The notes beneath the pieces are model-generated. The model was not told the DNA's origin, searched no databases, and was given only the letters and a program-made list of their open reading frames with translations. Below, in pieces: positions 1 through 8,790 of a DNA stretch of 64,000 bases (position 1 is the first letter of the stretch; the number at the start of each line of letters is the position of its first letter). Position numbers and translations under genes: made by a program. This stretch comes from an uncultured delta proteobacterium. Its GTDB lineage: Bacteria; Desulfobacterota; Binatia; UBA9968. The stretch is from the NCBI GenBank assembly GCA_963840855.1, contig CAWJBB010000030.1:32001-96000 (forward strand), in the 5' to 3' direction.

Positions 1-1
1 C

Positions 2-178
2 AAGCCCGTACTAGACCTTCTGAACATCACGATGGATACGCCCCTGGAGATTGCCACAGACGGGCGGAATCTCATCGTGTCGCCGATCCAGAGCGCGAGG
101 CGCGAACAGCGCTTCCGCTCCGCGCTCGAAGCGGTAAACCGCCGGCACGGCAAAACGCTCAAGGCTTTGGCAGAGTAG
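2..178 (+). CDS. AbrB/MazE/SpoVT-family antitoxin, 3' part (5' end lies outside the window)
   Basis: My translation of frame 2 gives KPVLDLLNITMDTPLEIATDGRNLIVSP...GKTLKALAE*, directly upstream of a Doc toxin. Confidence 0.8.
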   Translation, partial: KPVLDLLNITMDTPLEIATDGRNLIVSPIQSARREQRFRSALEAVNRRHGKTLKALAE

Positions 179-185
179 CCTTGCC

Positions 186-578
186 GTGGCGCATCCGCTT
201 TTCTTGACACTTGCCGAAGTCATCGAAATTCATGCCGATCAAATTCGTCGCTATGGCGGCCGGGCTGGACTTCGAGATTTAGCGCTGCTCGAGTCCGCCC
301 TCGCCCAACCGGAGGCGTCCTTTGCAGGCGAGTGGCTGCATGGAGATCTCTATGCAATGGCCGCTGCCTACGCCTATCACCTGTGCCAAAATCACCCGTT
401 CATCGATGGCAACAAACGAACCGGTCTTGCCGCCGCGTTGGTATTTCTCGAACTGAACGGTATCACGGTCCTGGATCCAAGAGGCCGGCTGAAAAATGCC
501 ATGATTCGCATCGCCTCCGTCAAGATGAGCAAAGATGATTTCACCAAGCTCTTAACAAAACTGCCTCGACAAGAGTAA
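186..578 (+). CDS. doc: Death-on-curing (Fic/Doc family) toxin
   Basis: Fic/Doc motif HPFIDGNKRTG; N-terminal GLRDLALLESALAQP. Confidence 0.92.
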   Translation: MAHPLFLTLAEVIEIHADQIRRYGGRAGLRDLALLESALAQPEASFAGEWLHGDLYAMAAAYAYHLCQNHPFIDGNKRTGLAAALVFLELNGITVLDPRGRLKNAMIRIASVKMSKDDFTKLLTKLPRQE

Positions 579-621
579 TGAGTCGGCGCTCCGCGCCCGA
601 TTTTCTTTGAGGTTCGCACGT

Positions 622-767
622 CTACTTTCCCTTGATACCCAGTTCCTTTTGCGCTTCCCGGAGAATCGAAAGAACTGCGACATCATCCACACAAATTAGA
701 GGATCTCCCTCGGAACTTTCTTGAAATGGAGATGGGAAAAGGGTGCCCCCCTTTTCCTGATTCTCAT
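622..767 (-). pseudogene. Collapsed remnant of an NMT1/SsuA-type solute-binding protein gene
   Basis: AGGAGG followed by ATG at 767; another frame ends DDVAVLSILREAQKELGIKGK*, which resembles C-termini of this SBP family (from recall). Confidence 0.45.
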
Positions 768-892
768 GATTTCCTCCTCATAAAATCGTCAGTCCACAAG
801 TCCGGATTAGGTCTATAAGCAGTGACAACAACCGCGGGTGACGAGAGACCCTTCGGAATGCCCCAAACGACGTGGAATCGGTTGCGCCGATT

Positions 893-2014
893 TCACCTGA
901 TTACCCTGTCCGCCCGCGCCAGCACATTGGGCGGAATCGTCAGGCCGATCTGCTTCGCGGCTTTCAGGTTGATGATGAACTCGAACTTCTTTGGCTGCTC
1001 CACGGGAAGTTCGGCGGGCTTGGCGCCCTTGAGAATCTTGTCGACATACGTTGCCGCGCGCCGGTCCAAGTCGGTAATGCTCATGCCGTAGGACATAAGC
1101 CCACCGGCTTGCACAGATTCCGCCCCTTCGTATATCACCGGGAGCCGGCTCTTTACCGCGAGTTCTGCAATCTGTGGCCGCTGAAAGCTGACGAACGTGG
1201 CTGACACCCGGAAAAGGACCGCGTCAGCCCGCCCCTTGTCTGCGGCCCGGAATGCGGTCTCAACATCCTTGGAACTTAGGATGTCCAGGTATTGAAGCTT
1301 CACTCCTAACGCCCCCGCGGCGAGATCGAGATCTTTTAACACTTGCGCGTGGTCCTGGCTGGTTGAACTCACGAAAACGGCCACGCGGGAGAGCCTGGGA
1401 ACGATCTCCTTCAGAAGCTCCAGCCGTTTTCCGCTTAACTCCGGGCGAAAGGTTGAGAAACCAGTAACATTCCCGCCCGGCCGCGCCAGACTGGCGACGA
1501 AACCGCTTCCAACAGCGTCGCCACCATTAATCATGACAATGGGAATTGTGGTAGTCGCTTCCTTGGCTGCGCGTATATCTCCCGAACCGCGCGCGACGAT
1601 AACGTCTACCTTGAGACGCACTAGCTCGGCCGCGAGCGCGCGCTGGCGATCGCGGTTTCCCTCACCAGATCGCCATTCGATGACAATGTTTTTCCCTTCG
1701 ACGTAGCCGAGGTCGCGCAGACCCTGCCGGAATGTCTCGAGGCGAGCCGAGTCAGCGGAAAGCGAGGTGTTCGTTAGGTATCCTAGCCGCGGGATTTTTG
1801 TCGGCTGCTGCGCCAAAGCCGCAACTCCACCGAAGGCGAATATGAAAGCGAGGATGACAAGCCCAACCAATTTTCGTCTGCGGGGCCGCTTTTGAATTGT
1901 CGGACGCGTGTAGGGGCCGACCTGCGTGTCGGCCCTCCGAACGGGCGGACACCCTGCGACGTTACTCACGGCAGGCATAGGTCCGCCCCTACCATTGCAT
2001 GTTGCGTTCTTCAT
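893..2014 (-). CDS. ABC transporter substrate-binding protein (ABC_sub_bind type), paralog 1
   Basis: Signal peptide ending ALAQQ; SLARPGGNVTG and KPAELPVEQPKKFEFIINLKAAKQIGL motifs; ATG overlaps the stop of paralog 2 (alternative TTG near 1870). Confidence 0.9.
   Translation of the reverse strand: MKNATCNGRGGPMPAVSNVAGCPPVRRADTQVGPYTRPTIQKRPRRRKLVGLVILAFIFAFGGVAALAQQPTKIPRLGYLTNTSLSADSARLETFRQGLRDLGYVEGKNIVIEWRSGEGNRDRQRALAAELVRLKVDVIVARGSGDIRAAKEATTTIPIVMINGGDAVGSGFVASLARPGGNVTGFSTFRPELSGKRLELLKEIVPRLSRVAVFVSSTSQDHAQVLKDLDLAAGALGVKLQYLDILSSKDVETAFRAADKGRADAVLFRVSATFVSFQRPQIAELAVKSRLPVIYEGAESVQAGGLMSYGMSITDLDRRAATYVDKILKGAKPAELPVEQPKKFEFIINLKAAKQIGLTIPPNVLARADRVIR
1910..1992. repeat. GTAG-type REP doublet (REPIN-like) with a nested 24-bp insert
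   Basis: GTAGGGGCCGACCTGCGTGTCGGCCC ... GGGCGGACAC[24 bp]ATAGGTCCGCCCCTAC. Confidence 0.8.
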
Positions 2015-3000
2015 CGAATCACCTGATTCGCCCGCGCGAGCAGGTCGGGTGAAATTGTCAGTCCAATCTGTTTTGCCGCCTTAAGGTTAATGACGAATTC
2101 AAACTTCGTTGCCTGCTGCACGGGCAAATCAGCCGGTTTGGCACCTTTTAAGATCTTGTCCACATAAACAGCCGCGCGCCGATAGAGGTCAGCGTAGTCT
2201 GCCCCGTAGAACATGAGACCGCCCTCATCGACAAACTCCTTCTGTGGATAAATAGCCGGCAACCGGTATTTACCAGCAAGCTCGACGATCCGCTTTCTTG
2301 CGGCCAAAAAGAACGGACCGCCGGTCGTCATAATTGCGCCCACCTGCTTCTGCTTGGCGGTCTGGAAAGCGCTCTCTAAACCTTTGGGTTCGCGTTGAGT
2401 CTCGATCTCCTCCAATTTTAACCTGAGCGCCTGAGCTGCCGACCTGAGCTCTTTCAGTTGGAGGTCTCCTCCTGCGCCGCCTCCCGCCGGCCGCAGAACT
2501 CCAACTCTGGCGAGCTTGGGAATGGCGTCCTTGAGTATCTCTAGCCTTTTGGTAATTAGCTCGTACGATAAACTCGCGAGCCCGGTCACATTGCCTCCCG
2601 GTCGCGCCAGACTGGCAACCAGACCTAAAGCCACGGGGTCTCCCGCTCTTGTCATTACGATGGGGATGGTAGTAGTCGCTTTCTTCGCGGCTAACGCCAC
2701 TCCAATTCCCGAGACCACAATTAGATCGACCTTAAGACGAACTAACTCCCCCGCAAGCTCAGGTTGGCGCTTAGGCTGTCCCTCCGCAAATCGGTACTCA
2801 ATGGCGATATTCTTTCCCTCAATCCAGCCAAGCTTGCTCAGCTCTTGCCGAAACGACTCCACGAGGACCGCGCTAGCGGAAGCAATGCTTGAATCTAGAA
2901 AACCTATGCGGAAGATTTTCCCTGTCTGCTGCGCCTCGGCGAGAAAAACAGTAAGCAGAAGGACAGTAAGCGCCAGGCAGACAACAATACTTCTAATCAT
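2011..3000 (-). CDS. ABC transporter substrate-binding protein, paralog 2
   Basis: Signal peptide ending AEAQQ; same family motifs as paralog 1. Confidence 0.92.
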   Translation of the reverse strand: MIRSIVVCLALTVLLLTVFLAEAQQTGKIFRIGFLDSSIASASAVLVESFRQELSKLGWIEGKNIAIEYRFAEGQPKRQPELAGELVRLKVDLIVVSGIGVALAAKKATTTIPIVMTRAGDPVALGLVASLARPGGNVTGLASLSYELITKRLEILKDAIPKLARVGVLRPAGGGAGGDLQLKELRSAAQALRLKLEEIETQREPKGLESAFQTAKQKQVGAIMTTGGPFFLAARKRIVELAGKYRLPAIYPQKEFVDEGGLMFYGADYADLYRRAAVYVDKILKGAKPADLPVQQATKFEFVINLKAAKQIGLTISPDLLARANQVIR

Positions 3001-3016
3001 TTGTTTCCCTCTCTTA

Positions 3017-3044
3017 TACTGCCAACTGCATTCTGCTCACTGCC
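3017..3044. repeat. Degenerate heptamer tandem repeat (nnCTGCn x4) upstream of SBP paralog 2
   Basis: tactgcc aactgca ttctgct cactgcc. Confidence 0.6.
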
Positions 3045-3190
3045 GGCTGTCATTCGATGATCCGTGTGAAAGAGCATTTTCGGTGGGATTGTAAGACTGA
3101 TCGGTTTGGTCTCGGTGCTGAAATTTAGACACGACATTTAAAACAATTTTTTTATGACCTTATGCCGCTAATGCTTGTGGTTGGAACGCT

Positions 3191-3433
3191 TCAATCCGGA
3201 AGACGGTCGTAAACTTCGGGCTGCACTTTAGGAACTTTCGCCATGGCGCGTTTGAATTTCTTTCGATTGCCACGTTTGGCTCGTTCTTCAAGATAGTCCT
3301 CGGTCATCAGTGCAGAGATTTTCTCAGCCAAAGCGAGTGTAATTAATTGATTGATAGAGACACTCTCTTTTTCAGCCAATCGGCGCACTTGCTTATGCAA
3401 GGAATCGGGGAGGCGGAGGCTAATTGTACTCAT
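3191..3433 (-). CDS. Ribbon-helix-helix (HicB/CopG-like) antitoxin
   Basis: MSTISLRLPDSLHKQVRRLAEKESVSINQLI; 4-bp overlap with the upstream PIN gene. Confidence 0.85.
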   Translation of the reverse strand: MSTISLRLPDSLHKQVRRLAEKESVSINQLITLALAEKISALMTEDYLEERAKRGNRKKFKRAMAKVPKVQPEVYDRLPD

Positions 3434-3861
3434 GGCAACTCTCCTATGGCTCTCAAAAATTCTTGAGCGGTCATTACGCGAACGCCAAATTGCTCCACAC
3501 CTTCAAAATCATCTTTGTTATACGTGACGATAATATCGCAGCCTGCGGATACGGCCAATTCGAGAACCATATCGTCTTTCGGGTCCTTTAAGAATGGCCG
3601 CCATAGGTAATAAACTTTTCTTCGATTCGCCACAGAGCAAACATAGTCGAGGACGTCGTCAACGTCGCTTGGTCTCAGGCCAGTTTTCTTACCGACGAGT
3701 CGCTTGGCTACCTCTTCGTACTCGAAGATCAACGGAACGGAAACGTTGATTTCAAACTTCCCGCTTTCGAGAAGCATAAAGAGTTTATTAGACGCTCCGT
3801 ATTGTGACCGCAGGGCCGCGACGAGTACGTTGGTGTCGGCGACGATTCGGGGCGGGCTCAC
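3430..3861 (-). CDS. PIN-domain toxin (VapC-like)
   Basis: DTNVLV, DPKDDMVLELA and VTYNKDDF PIN motifs; GTG at 3861 preferred as start because a promoter lies just upstream. Confidence 0.88.
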   Translation of the reverse strand: MSPPRIVADTNVLVAALRSQYGASNKLFMLLESGKFEINVSVPLIFEYEEVAKRLVGKKTGLRPSDVDDVLDYVCSVANRRKVYYLWRPFLKDPKDDMVLELAVSAGCDIIVTYNKDDFEGVEQFGVRVMTAQEFLRAIGELP

Positions 3862-3868
3862 TGCTGGT

Positions 3869-3897
3869 ATCGTATGCAATACCGCCCGATTTGTCAA
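3869..3897 (-). promoter_or_regulatory. Sigma70-type promoter of the PIN-antitoxin operon
   Basis: TTGACA-17 bp-TACGAT, then 7 nt to GTG. Confidence 0.7.
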
Positions 3898-4051
3898 TTT
3901 GGAGTTCGGTAGATCTGACTCACAAATCTGGTCGGCGCGCAGTTTGCGTTTTTGGTTGAAGTGGAAGCGAAGTGTTTTGATTGTCGGACGAAATTCAGAT
4001 CAAAAATTTGGCTTTAAGATCATTTTCATTTCTTCTGCTGCCCAGCCAAAA

Positions 4052-5044
4052 TTATTTGATCACTTGATTCGCCCGCGCTACCACGTCAGATGGAATTGTC
4101 AGTCCGATCTGTTTCGCCGCGTTCAAGTTGATGACAAACTCGAACTTCGTTGCCTGCTGCACCGGCAAATCAGCCGGTTTGGCGCCTTTCAAGATCTTGT
4201 CCACGTAAACAGCCGCGCGCCGATATTGGTCAGTGTTGTCCGACCCATAGGACATGAGGCCGCCCCCATCGACATACCCCTTGTCTGGGTAAATAGCCGG
4301 CAACCGGTATTTGCCGGCAAGCTCGACGATCCGCTTTCTTTCGGCTCCAAAGCGGCGACCGGGGGTCGTCATAATCGCGGTCACCTGCTTCTGCTTTGCG
4401 GTTTGAAAGGCGCTCTCTAAACCTTTGGCGCCGGGTTGAGTCGAAATGTCTTCTAAGTTTAGCTTCAATGCCAGCGCCGCAGCTCTTAGCTCTTTCAGTT
4501 GGAGGTCTGCTGTTATGCTGGTTCCCGGCCACCGCAGAAGCCCGACTCGTGAGAGTCTGGGGATGGCGTCCTTGAGTATCTCTAGCCTTTTGGTGTTTAG
4601 TTCGGTCCCTAAACTCGAGAGCCCCGTGACATTGCCTCCCGGCTGCGCCAGACTGGCAACCAAACCTGCACGCACGGGGTCTCCGCCGCTCGGCATCACG
4701 ATGGGGATAGTAGTAGTCGCATTCTTCGCCGCTAACGCCGGTGTCGTCGCTGGGGCTACGATCAGATCGACCTTTAGACGAACCAAGTCCGCCGCAAGCT
4801 CGCGTAGGTGCTCAGCGCCCTTGCCCTCTCCAAACCGGTACTCGATGGTGAAATTCTTCCCCTCAATCCAGCCAAGCTTGCTCAGCTCCTGCCGGAACGC
4901 GTCCACGAGGACCGCGCTACCGGAAGCAGTGCTCCCATCCAGGAAACCTATGCGGAAGGTTTTTCCCGGTTGCTGCGCCTCCGCGGACGAGCAAAGCGCA
5001 AAGAGCATAGCGCAAAGAGTAAGGACAGTGATTTTTGTCTTCAT
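4052..5044 (-). CDS. ABC transporter substrate-binding protein, paralog 3
   Basis: MKTKITVLTLCAMLFALCSSAEAQQ signal; very similar to paralog 2. Confidence 0.92.
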   Translation of the reverse strand: MKTKITVLTLCAMLFALCSSAEAQQPGKTFRIGFLDGSTASGSAVLVDAFRQELSKLGWIEGKNFTIEYRFGEGKGAEHLRELAADLVRLKVDLIVAPATTPALAAKNATTTIPIVMPSGGDPVRAGLVASLAQPGGNVTGLSSLGTELNTKRLEILKDAIPRLSRVGLLRWPGTSITADLQLKELRAAALALKLNLEDISTQPGAKGLESAFQTAKQKQVTAIMTTPGRRFGAERKRIVELAGKYRLPAIYPDKGYVDGGGLMSYGSDNTDQYRRAAVYVDKILKGAKPADLPVQQATKFEFVINLNAAKQIGLTIPSDVVARANQVIK

Positions 5045-5065
5045 GTCTTTTGCCCTGACTTGATC

Positions 5066-5093
5066 CACTCGTCACTCGACACTTGACACTCGC
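5066..5093. repeat. Degenerate heptamer tandem repeat (CACTYGn x4) upstream of SBP paralog 3
   Basis: cactcgt cactcga cacttga cactcgc. Confidence 0.65.
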
Positions 5094-5099
5094 CCCTTC

Positions 5100-6098
5100 T
5101 CACTTGATCAGCCTATTCGCCCGCGCCAGCACCTCCGGCGGAATCATCAGGCCGATTTGCTTCGCCGTTTTGAGATTGATCACGAACTCAAACTTCGTCG
5201 GCTGCTCCACCGGCAGATCGGCAGGCTTGGCTCCTTTCAGAATCTTGTCCACGTAGTATGCGACGCGCCGGTAGCTGTCCGCGAGGTCCGCCCCGTAGGA
5301 CATGAGCCCACCGGCATCTACAGCTTCTTTGTTGCCGTATATCGACGGTAACCGGCTCTTTAACGCAAAGCCCACGATCCGTTTTCGGTTAGCAAGCATT
5401 AGCGCAAGCCCCCGGTCACGTAGAGTCCATCCGGGCGCTGCTTGGTCAGCGCAGCGAATACCCGGTCGAAATCGTCCGCAACTTCGTACCTCCCAAGGCT
5501 GAATAGTCAACCTCAGCGCACGCGCCGCGACGGGGAGAATCTCTTTCACCTCGCGTACATTGGGCGGATTGGCCGGATCGTAGAGAACCGCGACACGGGC
5601 AAGTTTGGGAACGGCTTCTTTGAGCAACTCAAGCCGCTTACCGCCTAGTTCTCGGCAAGGTTTGTAACGCCCGTGACGTTGCCGCCGGGACGGGCAAGGG
5701 TTTCAACAAAGCCTGCCTCGACAGGATCGATCCCAGCGCCCGTCATAACGATGGGAATCGTCTTGGTCGCATTCTTGGCCGCCTGGATCAGCGGGTCCCC
5801 TCCTGCTGCCACGATGATATCAACTTTGAGCCGCACCAGCTCAGCCGCAAGCTCAGGGAGCCGATCGCGCTTCCCCTCCGCATATCGGTACTCGCTGGCG
5901 ATGTTCTGTCCTTCTATGTAGCCACGATCGCGCAGAGCCAGCCGAATTGCCTCGAAACGGGCGGACGTCAGTAGCTGGATCGATATTGGATAGATAGCCT
6001 ATCCGCGGGACTTTCTTCGGCTGCTGCGCTTCGGCGATCACGACAACAGTAAGCAGCGTCATTGCAATCAGGGCTGATGACAGGCCAGCATTCTTCAT
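5100..6098 (-). pseudogene. ABC substrate-binding protein paralog 4, frameshifted (or assembly errors)
   Basis: ORF pieces 5853-6110, 5645-5836 and 5100-5627 join into one protein with single-base indels near 5966, 5652, 5482 and 5406. Confidence 0.85.
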
Positions 6099-6208
6099 CG
6101 CACGCTCCATTCCTGGCGTTATTTATCACGCGGATGGAAGTAAAGAAAAGGATGATCACGGCAGAAGGCGAAAGGTATTCGTCGCGTAGCAAGGCCGGAT
6201 TCATCCCG

Positions 6209-6240
6209 AGATTGAACTGATTGCCGCGTCAGTTCAGTCT
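6209..6240. promoter_or_regulatory. Inverted repeat between divergent genes (operator or hairpin)
   Basis: agattgaactga-8 nt-tcagttcagtct. Confidence 0.4.
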
Positions 6241-6306
6241 TCAAAAATTTAATAAACGCCACAGCCATCCTTGCCTAAAAGCGGGCAGAGGAGCGAGACC
6301 GAGCGA

Positions 6307-6336
6307 TTGACGATTCGGAATAGCAAGCAGTATATT
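6307..6336 (+). promoter_or_regulatory. Sigma70-type promoter
   Basis: TTGACG-18 bp-TATATT, then 6 nt to ATG at 6343. Confidence 0.6.
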
Positions 6337-6342
6337 CCGGCG

Positions 6343-7407
6343 ATGAAACTCCGAGTCGGTAACGCGTGCTGGCATGCTTTTCACGTCCAGCATGCACTGC
6401 TCTGCCGTGAGGCGGGCTTTTTCGCGCAGGAAGGCATCGACGTCGAGATCGTCCACGCAAAAATCAATCCGAAGGCCATCGAGTCGAGCCGGCCCGGTGG
6501 CGAGCGCTATGACGAAGTGGGTACGGTTTTGCGCGACATGGTGGCATTCGGCATCGACATCATTCCCGACGTGCATGTGCGCACGCCGTTCGCCGAGCGT
6601 GCCCTGGGCAACGACGAGGTACGCATCATCGGCGGTTGGCGCAATCACTACGGCGGCACTGCCATGGCCGCGCCGGGCGTCAATTCCATGCGCGATCTAA
6701 AAGATAAGCGCATCGGCGACTGGTACAAGGGTGGAATTCACACGATGTGGTGGGAGCGCCAGCTGCGCCAGGCGGGTCTCAATCCTGAACGGGATGTGCA
6801 ATGGAAAATCGGCTACCTGTACGGCTCGATGCGGGAAGCCTGGAAGCCGCTTCAACGCGGCGAGACCGACGCGGCGATCGTGCAAAATCCTTGGGTGCCC
6901 ATGCTGCTCGAACAGGGCTTTAACAAGCTTTACGATTTTGATGAACAGACAAAACCCTATGGGCGGCCGGATCGGGTGACGGTGGCGCGCAAGTCCTTCA
7001 TCGAGCGCAATCCCGAGTTGATCAAGCGCTTTTGGAAAGCGGCGATCCGCGGTTATCATTTCATGCGTATTGTTCCTGACAATTTCGCGTTCCAGCGTTA
7101 CGTTGAAGCTAAACTGCGCGTTGACAATCCCGACGAGTCGGAGCGCATGCGCGACCTGACGCCCATGGTGATGATGGAAGGCCATTTTTTCCCTCTCGAC
7201 GGACAACTCACCGAGGAAGGGGTGTGGCGGATTCTAGAGGAACACCTGGACGCTGGGGTGCTCTCGAGGTCCATCACCCGCGCCGATGTGGAATACCTGA
7301 TCGATCAAGATTTGGTTCAGGAAGCGTGGGCTGAGATCTCCGAGACCGACGAAGTCAAACGCAATCTCGAACGGCTTCAACCGGTGATAGAACGCGTGGG
7401 ATACTAG
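6343..7407 (+). CDS. NMT1/SsuA/THI5-fold protein without a signal peptide
   Basis: GFFAQEGIDVEIV and FIERNPELIKRFWKAAIRG family motifs. Confidence 0.8.
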   Translation: MKLRVGNACWHAFHVQHALLCREAGFFAQEGIDVEIVHAKINPKAIESSRPGGERYDEVGTVLRDMVAFGIDIIPDVHVRTPFAERALGNDEVRIIGGWRNHYGGTAMAAPGVNSMRDLKDKRIGDWYKGGIHTMWWERQLRQAGLNPERDVQWKIGYLYGSMREAWKPLQRGETDAAIVQNPWVPMLLEQGFNKLYDFDEQTKPYGRPDRVTVARKSFIERNPELIKRFWKAAIRGYHFMRIVPDNFAFQRYVEAKLRVDNPDESERMRDLTPMVMMEGHFFPLDGQLTEEGVWRILEEHLDAGVLSRSITRADVEYLIDQDLVQEAWAEISETDEVKRNLERLQPVIERVGY

Positions 7408-7522
7408 CTGTCGCTCTCGCTTTAACAGCCGCAGCAACGAACTCATACGCTTCGTTTACTTGACAGAATATTTGCAACGGTAGTAAGCGTGTGAAGGTGC
7501 GGGCTGAAACCACGGAGGCGAC

Positions 7523-8752
7523 ATGTATCGTACAACAAAAGAAGAGAACGAGATCTTGACGCGGGTAGGTCCGGGGACTCCCATAGGCGAACTGCTGCGC
7601 CGCTACTGGTGGCCGGTCGCTATCTCCGCCCATCTCAAGGATAAGCCGACTTTCATTCGTGTCCTCGGCGAAGACCTGGTGCTGTACCGGGACGCCGCGG
7701 GCCATGCCGCGATTTTGGGCGCCAAGTGCGCGCACCGGAGAGCCAATCTGTGTCTCGGCAACGTGGAAAAAGGGGGCTTGCGGTGTCGCTATCACGGTTG
7801 GCTCTACGGCAATGACGGCCGGGTGTTGCAGACGCCGGGGGAGCCGCCCGGCAGCAAACTCAAAGATACCATCCACCATTCTGCCTATCCCGCCGAGGAG
7901 CTTGGCGGCTTCGTCTTTACCTACATGGGACCCCAACCCATGTCGCTCCTGCCCAGGTTCCACTTTCTTGCCGCCGAGGGTGAGCGTTATTCCATCGTGC
8001 AAGGTTTTGGCAGATGCAACTGGTTGCAGGCGGTGGAAAACGGCATCGATCCTCTGCACGCAGGCTTCTTGCACGGCGACATCTGGGAGGCTGTCTCCTC
8101 CGAACCGGAAACAACCTGGTTTGAAGAAACCGAGTGGGGCATCGTTTACAAAGTTATTCGTCCCGGCAGAAAACCCGGTGAATATAACTACCGCGAACAT
8201 CACTTGTTCATGCCCGGAATTAGTTCCGGAGGAGACGCCTCGGTCAGCGAGGGAGCCGACAATCCGCCGCCGGATGAGCTGCCGGCCGTCACGGCGCGCT
8301 GGAGTGTTCCCATCGACGATACCAACATGATGCACATGCGGGTATTCTTTAAGCCGGCCAGCAAATCAGCCAAGCCCCTCCAGTTTAAAACCCTCAGTCT
8401 GGCGCAGACGCGCACGTCGCCGTTCCAGGTGAAACCCTACGGTGAGTACAACGGTTCGGATACGCCGACTCTCGGCTACACGATCCCCAGATCAATCGGC
8501 GGCGAGGACGCCGTGATGCTCGACAGCATGGGGCCCATCGCCGACCGGGAAAACGAAAACCTGACCGTAGCGGATGAGAGCATGGAAATGCTGCGAAAAA
8601 TGTATCTTCAGCAAATCGAGGTCGTAAAAAGCGGCGGCGACCCCATCGGCGTGGTCCGCGACGAGAAGAAAAATCGGCTCATCATCGCCGGTGGCCTTTA
8701 TCGCTGGATCTCCCCCGAGGAACGAAAACAAATGCTCGAAGCAGCCGCGTAA
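7523..8752 (+). CDS. Rieske non-heme iron oxygenase alpha subunit (phthalate dioxygenase-like)
   Basis: CAHR...CRYHGW Rieske ligands; ENGIDPLHAGFLH mononuclear iron motif; N-terminal LTRVGPGTP. Confidence 0.92.
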   Translation: MYRTTKEENEILTRVGPGTPIGELLRRYWWPVAISAHLKDKPTFIRVLGEDLVLYRDAAGHAAILGAKCAHRRANLCLGNVEKGGLRCRYHGWLYGNDGRVLQTPGEPPGSKLKDTIHHSAYPAEELGGFVFTYMGPQPMSLLPRFHFLAAEGERYSIVQGFGRCNWLQAVENGIDPLHAGFLHGDIWEAVSSEPETTWFEETEWGIVYKVIRPGRKPGEYNYREHHLFMPGISSGGDASVSEGADNPPPDELPAVTARWSVPIDDTNMMHMRVFFKPASKSAKPLQFKTLSLAQTRTSPFQVKPYGEYNGSDTPTLGYTIPRSIGGEDAVMLDSMGPIADRENENLTVADESMEMLRKMYLQQIEVVKSGGDPIGVVRDEKKNRLIIAGGLYRWISPEERKQMLEAAA

Positions 8753-8790
8753 ACGGCCGGAGCCGCTTCGCGAGATCAGAGGAATACAAA

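Noticed and set aside
822-5921. Long plus-strand ORFs antisense to the SBP paralogs (872-1204, 2516-3094, 3704-4420, 4446-5063)
   Set aside because: Shadow ORFs. They recur only because the sense genes are paralogous, and they have no RBS or domain motifs.
893-6098. Diversity-generating retroelement or integron as the cause of SBP variation
   Set aside because: No reverse transcriptase, template repeat, integrase or attC site in the window, and the differences are not restricted to adenines.
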